Source: a virus. Taken from it: a stretch of 64,000 nucleotides of DNA. The notes beneath the pieces are model-generated. The model had not been told where the DNA came from, ran no database searches, and worked only from the letters and a program-made list of their open reading frames with translations. Position numbers and translations under genes: made by a program. This document shows positions 50,198 to 58,993 of this stretch, one piece after another. The stretch is from positions 41,722 through 105,721 of the IMG/VR virus record IMGVR_UViG_3300027659_000015; one strand, written 5' to 3'. Positions within the stretch are counted from its first letter, which is position 1. Every line of letters starts with the position of its first letter.

Positions 50198-50552
50198 TAT
50201 AAAAATTGTTCGTTTTAAAGATGGATTGGATGTTGTTTGTCATTTTAATTATACATCAGAAGATGAAACCATGATGGAACTTGAAACACCAATGATGTTT
50301 GAGGTAAGAAATACCAATTTGATAATGCAGAATTGGTTGCCTTTATCTTTAATGAAAGTGAATACTGTTAAGATTAAAACAGAAGAGGTTCTTTGTTTGA
50401 TTGAACCTTCCGATGAATTCGCTGAGTATTACCATGAAACGGTAACTAAGATGAATAGGTTTGAGGGTAACAAACAAACAGGAGAAGAAACTCATCAGCT
50501 ATTGGAAGCATTAGCTGAATTGAAGAGTATGGATGAATCGGACATCCATTAA
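50187..50552 (+). CDS. conserved hypothetical protein downstream of uvsW
   Basis: IKIV....G..V..; W.P.S; position conserved in T4-like phages. Confidence 0.65.
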   Translation: MENNIKIVRFKDGLDVVCHFNYTSEDETMMELETPMMFEVRNTNLIMQNWLPLSLMKVNTVKIKTEEVLCLIEPSDEFAEYYHETVTKMNRFEGNKQTGEETHQLLEALAELKSMDESDIH

Positions 50553-50577
50553 TATATATCATAGGGGAACACCGAGG

Positions 50578-50606
50578 ACTATAACACATGTCAAGCCCCT
50601 TGTCAA
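50578..50606 (-). promoter_or_regulatory. antisense sigma70-type promoter upstream of gp55
   Basis: Minus strand reads TTGACA-aggggcttgacatgtgt(17)-TATAGT with a TGn extension. Confidence 0.55.
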
Positions 50607-50628
50607 CAACTTTTTATGGTACATTTGA

Positions 50629-51168
50629 ATGAGTAAACAAAAACATTATATTAATAACGGAGATTTTCTAACAGCTTTGGTCGAATACAAGACAAAGAAA
50701 AAAGAAGCAATTGAAAAAGGTTTACCTGAACCTCGTATACCGAATTACATAGGTGAATGCTTTATGAAGATTGCCGAAGGTCTGTCACATAAGCCAAACT
50801 TTATTAATTACACTTACCGAGATGAAATGATTTCGGACGGTATTGAGAACTGTTTGATGTACTTTGCCAACTTTGATGAAACCAAATCAAAGAATCCATT
50901 TGCCTATTTTACTCAAATCATTTACTATGCCTTTCTTAGACGAATACAGAAAGAAAAGAAACAACTGTATGTGAAGTACAAAGCTACGGAACAAATGGGT
51001 ATTCTGGATGAATTTGAAATGATGGAATTTGAAGATGGTACATCAAAACAATTTGAATTGTATGACAATATATCCGAATTCATTGAAACATATGAAGATG
51101 CCAAACAGGCAAAGAAAGACTCCAAATCGGCAAAGAAGCCTAAAGGGATTGAAAAATTTATAGAATAG
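50629..51168 (+). CDS. gp55: late transcription sigma factor gp55
   Basis: HY.NN..FL; YIGECF.KIA..LS.KPNF.NY.YR.EMI.DGIENC; NPFAYFTQI...AF.RRI.KEK. Confidence 0.97.
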   Translation: MSKQKHYINNGDFLTALVEYKTKKKEAIEKGLPEPRIPNYIGECFMKIAEGLSHKPNFINYTYRDEMISDGIENCLMYFANFDETKSKNPFAYFTQIIYYAFLRRIQKEKKQLYVKYKATEQMGILDEFEMMEFEDGTSKQFELYDNISEFIETYEDAKQAKKDSKSAKKPKGIEKFIE

Positions 51169-51177
51169 TGTTATAAT
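51149..51177 (+). promoter_or_regulatory. sigma70-type promoter for gp47-gp46
   Basis: TTGAAA-17-TATAAT with TG extension. Confidence 0.7.
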
Positions 51178-51183
51178 CTTGTT

Positions 51184-52257
51184 ATGAATATGAAAATTGC
51201 TGTAATTACTGACCAACATTTTGGAGCTAGAAACGACTCCGTTCACTTCTTGGATTTCTATGAGAAGTTCTACCGTGAAACATTTTTTCCTAAGATTAAG
51301 GAAGAACAGATTAAGTTCGTACTGATTTTAGGTGATACCTTTGACCGTAGAAAGTATGTGAATTTCTATTCTCTCAAGCGTACCAAAGAGATGTTCTTTG
51401 ATCCGTTACAAGAGATGGGATGTGAAGTCTTTATGTTGGCTGGTAATCACGACACATACTTTAAAAATACGAATGATGTAAACTCTGTTGACCTATTGTT
51501 AGCAGAGTATGGTAACATACATGTTATCACAGAGCCAGAAACTATCTACATTGGACCTAAACCGATTGCAATGGTACCATGGATATGTGCCGATAACTAT
51601 GAACAAACATTACAGTTTATCAAAGAGACTGATGCCACAATCTGTATGGGTCACTTTGAAATTGCTGGATTTGCTATGCATCGTGGTATGCCATCACAAG
51701 AAGGCTTAGACCGTTCCTTATTCAACAAGTTTGATTATACATTCTCTGGTCACTATCACCACAAATCAAATGCTGATGGCATCTATTATCTTGGTAATCC
51801 ATATGAATTAACATGGCAAGATTACAATGATACCAGAGGATTTCACCTGATGGACTTTTGGAAAGATGAAATACAATTCATACCAAATCCAAATCGTATG
51901 TTCCACAAAATCCTATATGACGATAAGGTAGATACCATTAAAGAGATTGATGGTAAAAACTTATCTGAATACAAGAATACCTATGTCAAAGTGGTTGTGG
52001 TCAATAAAACCAATCCGTACCTATTTGACAAGTTCATGAATAACCTGTATAATGTCAATCCAATCGACATTACTATAGCTGAAGATTTTACTGAATTATC
52101 ATTTGATGATGAAGAATTAGTAAATGAGGCAGAGGATACAATTACAATTCTAAACAAATATGTTGATGGTATCTCTGAAGATAACATTGATAACACCAAA
52201 TTAAAAAACATTCTCAAAGAACTTTACGTTGAAGCTTTGAATACTGAACAAGCATGA
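51184..52257 (+). CDS. gp47: recombination endonuclease gp47 (Mre11/SbcD-like)
   Basis: TDQHFG; LGD.FD.R; GNHD; GH.E; SGHYH phosphoesterase motifs. Confidence 0.96.
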   Translation: MNMKIAVITDQHFGARNDSVHFLDFYEKFYRETFFPKIKEEQIKFVLILGDTFDRRKYVNFYSLKRTKEMFFDPLQEMGCEVFMLAGNHDTYFKNTNDVNSVDLLLAEYGNIHVITEPETIYIGPKPIAMVPWICADNYEQTLQFIKETDATICMGHFEIAGFAMHRGMPSQEGLDRSLFNKFDYTFSGHYHHKSNADGIYYLGNPYELTWQDYNDTRGFHLMDFWKDEIQFIPNPNRMFHKILYDDKVDTIKEIDGKNLSEYKNTYVKVVVVNKTNPYLFDKFMNNLYNVNPIDITIAEDFTELSFDDEELVNEAEDTITILNKYVDGISEDNIDNTKLKNILKELYVEALNTEQA

Positions 52258-53972
52258 TATTATTCCAAAAAGTTAGGTGGAAGAATTTTCTTTCTACTGG
52301 TGCTCATTATACAGAAATTAATTTTACCAAATCACAGAACACTTTGATTATTGGTCAGAATGGTGCTGGTAAGTCCACTATACTGGATGCACTTTGTTTT
52401 GGCCTGTTTGGTAAACCGTTTCGTAAAATAAATAAACCACAACTGGTAAACTCTATCAATACAAAAGATTGTGTTGTGGAAGTATTCTTTAATATCGGTC
52501 AGAAACAATATAAGATTGTTCGTGGTATTAAACCGAATACATTTGAAATTTATATCAATGATGTTTTGCTGAACCAAGATGCCGCTGCAAAAGACTATCA
52601 AGAGGTACTAGAGAAACAAATTCTCAAATTAAACTACAAGTCCTTTACGCAGGTGGTCATCCTTGGTTCAGCATCTTTTGTTCCGTTCATGCAGTTATCT
52701 GCCAATGACCGTAGAACTATTATCGAAGACCTACTCGACATTCAAATCTTTTCATCAATGAATGGTGTGGTCAAAGATAAACTATCCGAATTCAAAGAAG
52801 ATATTACCAAAGCAAAGTATGGTATCTCTCTGACGGAAGAAAAGATTAAACTTCAATTACAGAACATTGAAGAACACAAGAAACATAATGATGATGAGAT
52901 TGCCAAGATACTGGCTGAAATAGGTAAATCAAAAGAGCAACACAACAAATTACGAAATGATATTGAGTTGATTAACAAACATGTTAAAGTATTGAACTCA
53001 AAGATTGGTGATAAGAAAGAAAAACTGGAAAAGAAATCTAAAGGTTTGTTTCAGGTTAAAGGTAAGATTGAGAACAATATCAAGAAGAATGAAAAAGATA
53101 TTGAATTCTACCAACATAATGATAACTGTCCTACTTGTAAACAATCTATTGAACCAGACTTCAAAGAACACCAAGTTGAAGAACGTACTAATAAATTAGG
53201 TACACAGAAAATTGGTCTTACTGAGGTAGAAACCGAACTTCAAAATATTACTAATGAAATGTCGGATATCACCAAGATTATCCAGCATATTATTGAACAC
53301 CAAAATCAAGTAACAGAACATAATGCTACGGTGAGAGCTATCAGTACATACATTGATAAGTTAAATAAACAATATGATGAACTGTCTATCAAGGTTAATA
53401 GTCCACAAGCTGATAACCAAAAGTTACTTGAGTTGAAATCTGAGATGTTTGAATTCAACACGGCATATGAAGAACTGATGAACGAAAAACATTATTTTGA
53501 ATTTGCAGGTTCTTTGTTAAAAGATACTGGTATCAAAACCAAAATCATTAAACAATATTTGCCAATTATGAATAAGTTGATTAACAAGTACCTAACTGCC
53601 ATGGACTTCTTTGTTAACTTTAACATTAACGAAAACTTTGAAGAAACAATTAAGAGTAGGCACCGTGATGAATTCTCTTATGCCAATTTCTCTGAAGGCG
53701 AGAAGATGCGTATCGACTTAGCACTCCTTTTTACATGGAGACAGATTGCTAAGATGAAAAACTCTACCAATACAAACCTATTGATACTAGATGAGGTATT
53801 TGATTCTAGTCTCGATACAGTCGGTACAGAAGAATTTTTAAAGTTGATACATGAGATGGGACAAGACACAAATGTGTTTGTTATTTCCCACAAAGGAGAC
53901 CAACTGTTCGATAAGTTCCGTTCGGTCATTAAGTTTGAGAAAAAAGGAAACTTTTCAAGGATAGCAAAATGA
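52254..53972 (+). CDS. gp46: recombination ATPase gp46 (Rad50/SbcC-like)
   Basis: GQNGAGKST; CPTC zinc hook; FSEGEK.RIDLA; LILDE.FDSSLD; ISHK. Confidence 0.97.
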   Translation: MILFQKVRWKNFLSTGAHYTEINFTKSQNTLIIGQNGAGKSTILDALCFGLFGKPFRKINKPQLVNSINTKDCVVEVFFNIGQKQYKIVRGIKPNTFEIYINDVLLNQDAAAKDYQEVLEKQILKLNYKSFTQVVILGSASFVPFMQLSANDRRTIIEDLLDIQIFSSMNGVVKDKLSEFKEDITKAKYGISLTEEKIKLQLQNIEEHKKHNDDEIAKILAEIGKSKEQHNKLRNDIELINKHVKVLNSKIGDKKEKLEKKSKGLFQVKGKIENNIKKNEKDIEFYQHNDNCPTCKQSIEPDFKEHQVEERTNKLGTQKIGLTEVETELQNITNEMSDITKIIQHIIEHQNQVTEHNATVRAISTYIDKLNKQYDELSIKVNSPQADNQKLLELKSEMFEFNTAYEELMNEKHYFEFAGSLLKDTGIKTKIIKQYLPIMNKLINKYLTAMDFFVNFNINENFEETIKSRHRDEFSYANFSEGEKMRIDLALLFTWRQIAKMKNSTNTNLLILDEVFDSSLDTVGTEEFLKLIHEMGQDTNVFVISHKGDQLFDKFRSVIKFEKKGNFSRIAK

Positions 53973-54589
53973 GTACAGATGATAATATAGTTTTATATAA
54001 CACGGACGAAAAGGTAAAGATTCAACAACCACAAATTGAAACTTTCGATTTAGTTGACCCAACACATTCAGCATTACACAAAGCATTACAAGAATTTGAT
54101 TTTGATAATACGCCTATCAATCCGGATGATTTCGCTTCTTCACTTGTTGAAACTTGTAAGAAAAATAATGGATTAGGATTATCTGCCAACCAATGTGGGT
54201 TTGAACATCGTGTTTTTGTGATGGGTGCCGAAGATGATTATATTGCCTGTTTCAATCCAAAAATTATTGAAATGGAAGGCGAAGCACATATGGAAGAAGG
54301 TTGCCTTACTTTTCCATTATTGATGTTGAGAGTTACCAGACCTAAAAAGATTAAAGTGGAATACCAGGATTTCACAGGTGTGAAACGAGAAGCAACTTTC
54401 GATGGCATAAGTGCGAGAGTTTTCCTCCATGAGCTTGACCATATGAACGGAATAGTGTATACTAGTCGTGTAAAGCCTTTGGCATTCCAGTTTGGTTTGA
54501 AGAAACTAAACAAGATTCGCCGTAAGTATTTTAATCCTAAAGTTATGGCACAATTAGCAGCACAACAAAATAATGGCAAAACAACTTAA
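53969..54589 (+). CDS. def: peptide deformylase
   Basis: Three PDF motifs: GLGLSANQ, EGCLT, HELDH. Confidence 0.93.
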   Translation: MSTDDNIVLYNTDEKVKIQQPQIETFDLVDPTHSALHKALQEFDFDNTPINPDDFASSLVETCKKNNGLGLSANQCGFEHRVFVMGAEDDYIACFNPKIIEMEGEAHMEEGCLTFPLLMLRVTRPKKIKVEYQDFTGVKREATFDGISARVFLHELDHMNGIVYTSRVKPLAFQFGLKKLNKIRRKYFNPKVMAQLAAQQNNGKTT

Positions 54590-55940
54590 AATCGTAAATA
54601 CAATCTTTGGTGAAGAAGAACAAGTCTGTCAAAGTAATGTCATTCCACCAGTTGATGAACAATGGAAAATTTGGCAACAACAAAATCCACCAACCACTGG
54701 TGAAAAAGTTGATAAAGAAACTTTAAAATCAAAGTTGATTAATGATTTGACATATGCATCTAAAATGGATGTACGTGAATATACCTTGTATCAAAAATGG
54801 ACAGAAGTCAAGAAAAGATATCCACTTAAAGTAACATCTACCATAAATGATGAAATTGTTATGGATGATCCAAAACAAAACAAAATAATTCAACAAGTTA
54901 AACAAAACTTTTGGATGCCAGAATCACCAGATGATTATGCCAATTTAAGACCTATCATGAAATTGTCTAATGGTAGTGAAGGTGATTTTACAGTTGATGA
55001 ATGGAATGCCATTCGTACCTTTTCTTCCACAATGAAGAACAATTCTAATATTGGTCGTAATCTATTCTATACAGTTATCGATGGCCAGTCAGGAAAGTAT
55101 CTTGGTGTTATTTGTATCAGTTCCGACTTCTTAGACCTGACTCCAAGAGATAATAAAATTGGTTGGTCGAGAGATGTTAAGACACAACAAAGTATGATTA
55201 ATCATACGGCAATTGGTTCTACGATTGTTCCTTTACAACCACTAGGTTTTAATTATATGGGCGGCAAGTTACTTGCCTTATTATGTTTATCGGATACAGT
55301 ACAAAATGATTGGAAGGTAAAATATGGAGATACACTTGTTGGTGTTACTACTACTTCACTTTATGGTAACACAAAGTCCGGTGGTCTTTCTCAGTATGAT
55401 GGTTTGGAACATTGGGAGAAAATGGGATTCTCATCTGGTTCAGTTGCTTTTGAACCATCCAAAAAAACAGTAGATGAAATTTATAAATGGGTTAAAGAAA
55501 ATTATCCCGAAAAATACTTTGAGTGGTGGGATGCAAAGAAGCCAACCACAAAATTTGATAAAGATGGTAATGGAAAAGATGGTGGTTTACCTTTGAAACG
55601 TGACCATAAGAATCGCACACTTAATTTTGCCTATTCTAAGTTAGGCATTCCAAAAGAATTAATTCGTACAGAACATGCGAGAGGAATCTATTTTTCTCCT
55701 CTCTATAATAACACCAATGAATATCTCCGCAAGGAGATTGGTGATAAAGAACTGGTTAAATCGTTTGATACCAGTGAAGAAGCCTTGACGCAAATTTGGA
55801 AAACCAAATATGCCAAAGGTCGTATATCAATGTTGAAGAAAAAGAACACCGTATCTTATGAATCTTTGTTCTATGATGACTTGATATACCTGTCTTGGGA
55901 AGAAACCAAGGCTAAGTATTTGCCACAAGTTGGCAGATAA
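54573..55940 (+). CDS. DUF4338 / Druantia DruA-like protein
   Basis: GR.L.Y.V.......LG.I...S....L..RD..IGW ... P..P...GGKLLA.L..S..V...W..KY...L....TTSLYG...SQY..L pattern. Confidence 0.65.
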   Translation: MAKQLKIVNTIFGEEEQVCQSNVIPPVDEQWKIWQQQNPPTTGEKVDKETLKSKLINDLTYASKMDVREYTLYQKWTEVKKRYPLKVTSTINDEIVMDDPKQNKIIQQVKQNFWMPESPDDYANLRPIMKLSNGSEGDFTVDEWNAIRTFSSTMKNNSNIGRNLFYTVIDGQSGKYLGVICISSDFLDLTPRDNKIGWSRDVKTQQSMINHTAIGSTIVPLQPLGFNYMGGKLLALLCLSDTVQNDWKVKYGDTLVGVTTTSLYGNTKSGGLSQYDGLEHWEKMGFSSGSVAFEPSKKTVDEIYKWVKENYPEKYFEWWDAKKPTTKFDKDGNGKDGGLPLKRDHKNRTLNFAYSKLGIPKELIRTEHARGIYFSPLYNNTNEYLRKEIGDKELVKSFDTSEEALTQIWKTKYAKGRISMLKKKNTVSYESLFYDDLIYLSWEETKAKYLPQVGR

Positions 55941-55961
55941 TTAAATATACCATGGAAATGG

Positions 55962-55990
55962 TTGACAGGAGTACTATATAATAGTATAAT
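55962..55990 (+). promoter_or_regulatory. consensus sigma70 promoter
   Basis: TTGACA-17-TATAAT. Confidence 0.88.
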
Positions 55991-56041
55991 GTGAATACTT
56001 GTGAAAACAAGACTTTGAAACTTTGTCATTAGGAGAAAATT

Positions 56042-56308
56042 ATGACTAAACTATCCGCAAAACAACGTATGTTGAATGCTTTGAGCAAACCAGAAGGTTA
56101 CAACACCTTCACAGTCGAGCAAGCTCGCCGCCGCTTTGGTGTTACCAATGTGTCTGCTCGTATCGATGAACTTCGTCAAGAAGGTCACGTAATCTATACT
56201 AACACCAAGTACAACGCTAACGGTGTTAAAGTTGCTTCTTATCGCCTCGGTAAGCCAACTAAAGCTATGGTGCGTACAGCACTTCAAGCAGGTTATAGCT
56301 TAGCTTAA
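56042..56308 (+). CDS. small winged-helix/HTH DNA-binding protein
   Basis: T..QA...FG......ARI.ELR..G..I HTH pattern; basic; strong SD AGGAG. Confidence 0.7.
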   Translation: MTKLSAKQRMLNALSKPEGYNTFTVEQARRRFGVTNVSARIDELRQEGHVIYTNTKYNANGVKVASYRLGKPTKAMVRTALQAGYSLA

Positions 56309-56318
56309 ACCACTTATT

Positions 56319-56355
56319 AGGGAGACTGCCGTAGAGGCGGTACTCCCTTTTTTTT
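56319..56355 (+). terminator. intrinsic terminator after the HTH gene
   Basis: GGGAG-ACTGCC-gtaga-GGCGGT-a-CTCCC plus T8. Confidence 0.85.
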
Positions 56356-56371
56356 ATTTCTTGGAGAGCAA

Positions 56372-57190
56372 ATGGAAATTTCAGTTAAAAAAGAAGAACT
56401 ACAAAAGAAAAGTATATTTGTAGCCACACCAATGTATGGTGGAATGAATCATGGATTGTATGCCAAAGCTTGTTTAGATTTACAGGCTATTTGTATGCAA
56501 TACGGAGTACAAATTAAATTTTCATTTCTTTTCAATGAATCTTTAATTACACGAGCTAGAAACTATTTGGTGGATGAATTCATCCATCGTTCAGAATGTA
56601 CACATCTATTGTTTTTAGATTCTGACATTCACTTTAATCCACAAGACGTTATTGCCTTGTTAGCACTAGAGAAAGATGTTATTGGTGGTCCTTATCCTAA
56701 GAAGGCCATTAAGTGGCGTGCTGTTAAAAAGGCAATGGAAAAGAATCCGAATATTGAACCACAAAATCTCGAACAAGTTACTGGTGACTTTGTTTTCAAT
56801 CCAGTTAAAGGCACAGATAAATTTTCTGTAACCGAACCACTTGAAGTACTTGAGATTGGTACAGGATTTATGTTAGTTGAGCGTTCAGTCTTTGCAAAGA
56901 TGGAAGAAGCATATCCAATGATTCGTTACAAACCAGACCATGTTGGCCAAGCCAATTTTGATGGTTCACGTTACATTCAGGCTTTCTTTGATACAGTAAT
57001 CGATACTAAAGATTCTATCACAGGTGGTGGTTCAGACCGTTACTTATCTGAAGATTATATGTTCTGTCAAATGTGGCGTAAAATTGGTGGTTCAATTTGG
57101 TTGTGTCCTTGGATGAAAACTGACCATATTGGTACATATCACTTCAGAGGAGATATGCCTGCTGTTGCCAACTTTGTTGGTGAGATGTAA
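56372..57190 (+). CDS. glycosyltransferase-like protein (GT-A fold)
   Basis: ATPMYGG; ESLI.RARN; HLLF.DSD (DxD); GTGFML; YLSEDY.FC..W. Confidence 0.7.
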   Translation: MEISVKKEELQKKSIFVATPMYGGMNHGLYAKACLDLQAICMQYGVQIKFSFLFNESLITRARNYLVDEFIHRSECTHLLFLDSDIHFNPQDVIALLALEKDVIGGPYPKKAIKWRAVKKAMEKNPNIEPQNLEQVTGDFVFNPVKGTDKFSVTEPLEVLEIGTGFMLVERSVFAKMEEAYPMIRYKPDHVGQANFDGSRYIQAFFDTVIDTKDSITGGGSDRYLSEDYMFCQMWRKIGGSIWLCPWMKTDHIGTYHFRGDMPAVANFVGEM

Positions 57191-57510
57191 TGGGTGCAGG
57201 TCGTAAGTATGATGGAGGCAAACTAGAATATGGTTTACTTCCACCATTTGCATTAGAAGAGACCGTCAAAGTACTTACCTTTGGCGCTCAAAAATATGAA
57301 CGTGGAAATTGGCAAAAAGTACCTGACTCTAAACGCAGGTATTTTGATGCAATGGAACGGCATGTTTGGGCATGGCAAAAGGGTGAACAATTAGACCCCG
57401 AGTCTGGTATACATCATTTAGCCCACGCAATGTGCTGCTTGATGTTTTTGTATGAACATGATATAATCTATTCTGTTAATAATGATAAGGTGAAAAATGA
57501 AACTATCTAA
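57190..57510 (+). CDS. dATP/dGTP diphosphohydrolase-domain protein (DUF5664-like)
   Basis: G.KYD.GK....LLP..AL.....VLTFGA.KY...NW.K......Y..A..RH......GE..DPESG..HLAHA.C...FL. Confidence 0.82.
   Translation: MGAGRKYDGGKLEYGLLPPFALEETVKVLTFGAQKYERGNWQKVPDSKRRYFDAMERHVWAWQKGEQLDPESGIHHLAHAMCCLMFLYEHDIIYSVNNDKVKNETI
57439..57467 (+). promoter_or_regulatory. sigma70-type promoter for gp45 (internal to the upstream gene)
   Basis: TTGATG-17-TATAAT with TG extension. Confidence 0.55.
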
Positions 57511-58171
57511 CGAGACACTTAACGTGTTAAAAAACTTTGCTGGAATCAATTCTGGTATTGAGTTTAAAACAGGCAATAAGATTGCTACTATTTCTTCAAC
57601 AAAGACCGTGCTTGCAAAAGCCACTTTGCCTGATGATTTTCCACAAGACTTTTGTATCTATGATTTGAACCAATTCTTATCAGTACATTCCTTGGGTAAA
57701 GATACTGAATTGGATTTTGATTCCAATAATGTAGTATTTAAATCTGGTCGTTCCAAGACTAAGTATCGTATGACCGCCAAGTCTATGATTGTCTCGGCAC
57801 CAGAAAAAGAGTTGACTTTACCATCTGTTGATGGTTCTTTTAAACTTAAAGATGAAGACCTAGCACAAGCATTGAAGAATGCTGCTGTACTTGGTTCTCC
57901 TAACATTGCTTTTGAATCCGATGGTTCTAAAATCTCTGTTACCTGCTTCAATGCTAAAGATGACTCAGCACACACAAATACAATCGAAATTGGTACAACC
58001 GATAGTGATGAAGTATATAAAGCCGTCTTTCTAGTTGAAAACTTTAAGATGATTCCTGGTACATATGATGTACAAGTTTCATCAAAAGGTCTGGCATCAT
58101 TTGCCAATGAAAAAGGCGACTTGCAATATTGGATTGCTATTGAAGCCAAAGAATCTAAATTTGGAGAATAA
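57497..58171 (+). CDS. gp45: sliding clamp gp45
   Basis: MKLS..TL.VLKNF..IN; F.IYDL.QFL; EN.K..PG.Y.V; Y.IA.E. Confidence 0.95.
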   Translation: MKLSNETLNVLKNFAGINSGIEFKTGNKIATISSTKTVLAKATLPDDFPQDFCIYDLNQFLSVHSLGKDTELDFDSNNVVFKSGRSKTKYRMTAKSMIVSAPEKELTLPSVDGSFKLKDEDLAQALKNAAVLGSPNIAFESDGSKISVTCFNAKDDSAHTNTIEIGTTDSDEVYKAVFLVENFKMIPGTYDVQVSSKGLASFANEKGDLQYWIAIEAKESKFGE

Positions 58172-58172
58172 T

Positions 58173-58358
58173 ATGTTTTATGTTACTGATGCCGTTACTG
58201 CCAACCGTGTTGCTATTAATCCTGCTCACGTTGTTGCTGTGTTTAAAATTCCAGAAGGTGAACAAGCCGGCAAGACTGGTGTGAATCTTGTGAATGGTAG
58301 TATCGTTTGTACCGAAGAAGATTATGAGATTGTTGCAATGATTAATAACGAAGGTTAA
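58173..58358 (+). CDS. small hypothetical protein (possibly FlbD-like)
   Basis: Real start likely the ATG at 58173 after GGAG; V.INP.HV..V ... V.E...EI pattern. Confidence 0.55.
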   Translation: MFYVTDAVTANRVAINPAHVVAVFKIPEGEQAGKTGVNLVNGSIVCTEEDYEIVAMINNEG

Positions 58359-58359
58359 T

Positions 58360-58635
58360 ATGACTAAAGTTAATACATTATTTGGTTCTTATGATGATGA
58401 AGCATTGAAGAAACTCAAAGGATATGTTGACGAAGTTGTACTTCATATGCACAAGAATGATGGTAACAATGCTGCCATCAAAGACATTGTTGATATTGCA
58501 CATGATGAATTGAAAGTACCTAAAAAGATTCTCAAGCGCATGGCAAAGACACAACATAAGAATTCTTTTCAGACTGAAGTGGCTGAATCAAAAGAATTTG
58601 AAGCTTTGTATGAAAGCATGGTTGAGGTCAAATAA
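58360..58635 (+). CDS. dsbA: dsDNA-binding protein DsbA-like
   Basis: IKDI...A..EL.V..K...RMAK..HK..F.......E.E.LY resembles T4 DsbA. Confidence 0.72.
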   Translation: MTKVNTLFGSYDDEALKKLKGYVDEVVLHMHKNDGNNAAIKDIVDIAHDELKVPKKILKRMAKTQHKNSFQTEVAESKEFEALYESMVEVK

Positions 58636-58973
58636 TGAATCAGTTAGAGATTAAGTTTTTTTGGCCTCTAACTGAACAAACTGAATTGAACCTGGATTTT
58701 AATCCAAGTATTCAATGGAATGAAGAATGGCGAAAGAGACAATTGAATACTACTGCATATAGTGGTAGTTTTTTAATTAGTGATGGTGGTACAGGTGTTA
58801 TCAGTTGGTCTCAACCTGTAACCAGCTCATTCGTTTTAAGGCCTTCTACAAAGAATGTTGGTAAATGGGAACTATCAGAATCTATGTTTGTGTATAGACC
58901 CACTAAACCAAATGCCGTCATCAGGTTTATGGCCAAGCATCTTCTTGGCTTTAAATGGCATGATGAAAATTAA
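58635..58973 (+). CDS. hypothetical protein
   Basis: TAATG-coupled ORF; C-terminal KPN...RF....LLG.KW. Confidence 0.55.
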   Translation: MNQLEIKFFWPLTEQTELNLDFNPSIQWNEEWRKRQLNTTAYSGSFLISDGGTGVISWSQPVTSSFVLRPSTKNVGKWELSESMFVYRPTKPNAVIRFMAKHLLGFKWHDEN

Positions 58974-58993
58974 TTATATTATGGAGAATTTGA

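Noticed and set aside
58065-58172. Track start for the ORF ending at 58358
   Set aside because: Overlaps gp45; the ATG at 58173 with a GGAG SD is more plausible. Starts at 189, 31530, 48268, 48677 and 61290 were likewise adjusted.
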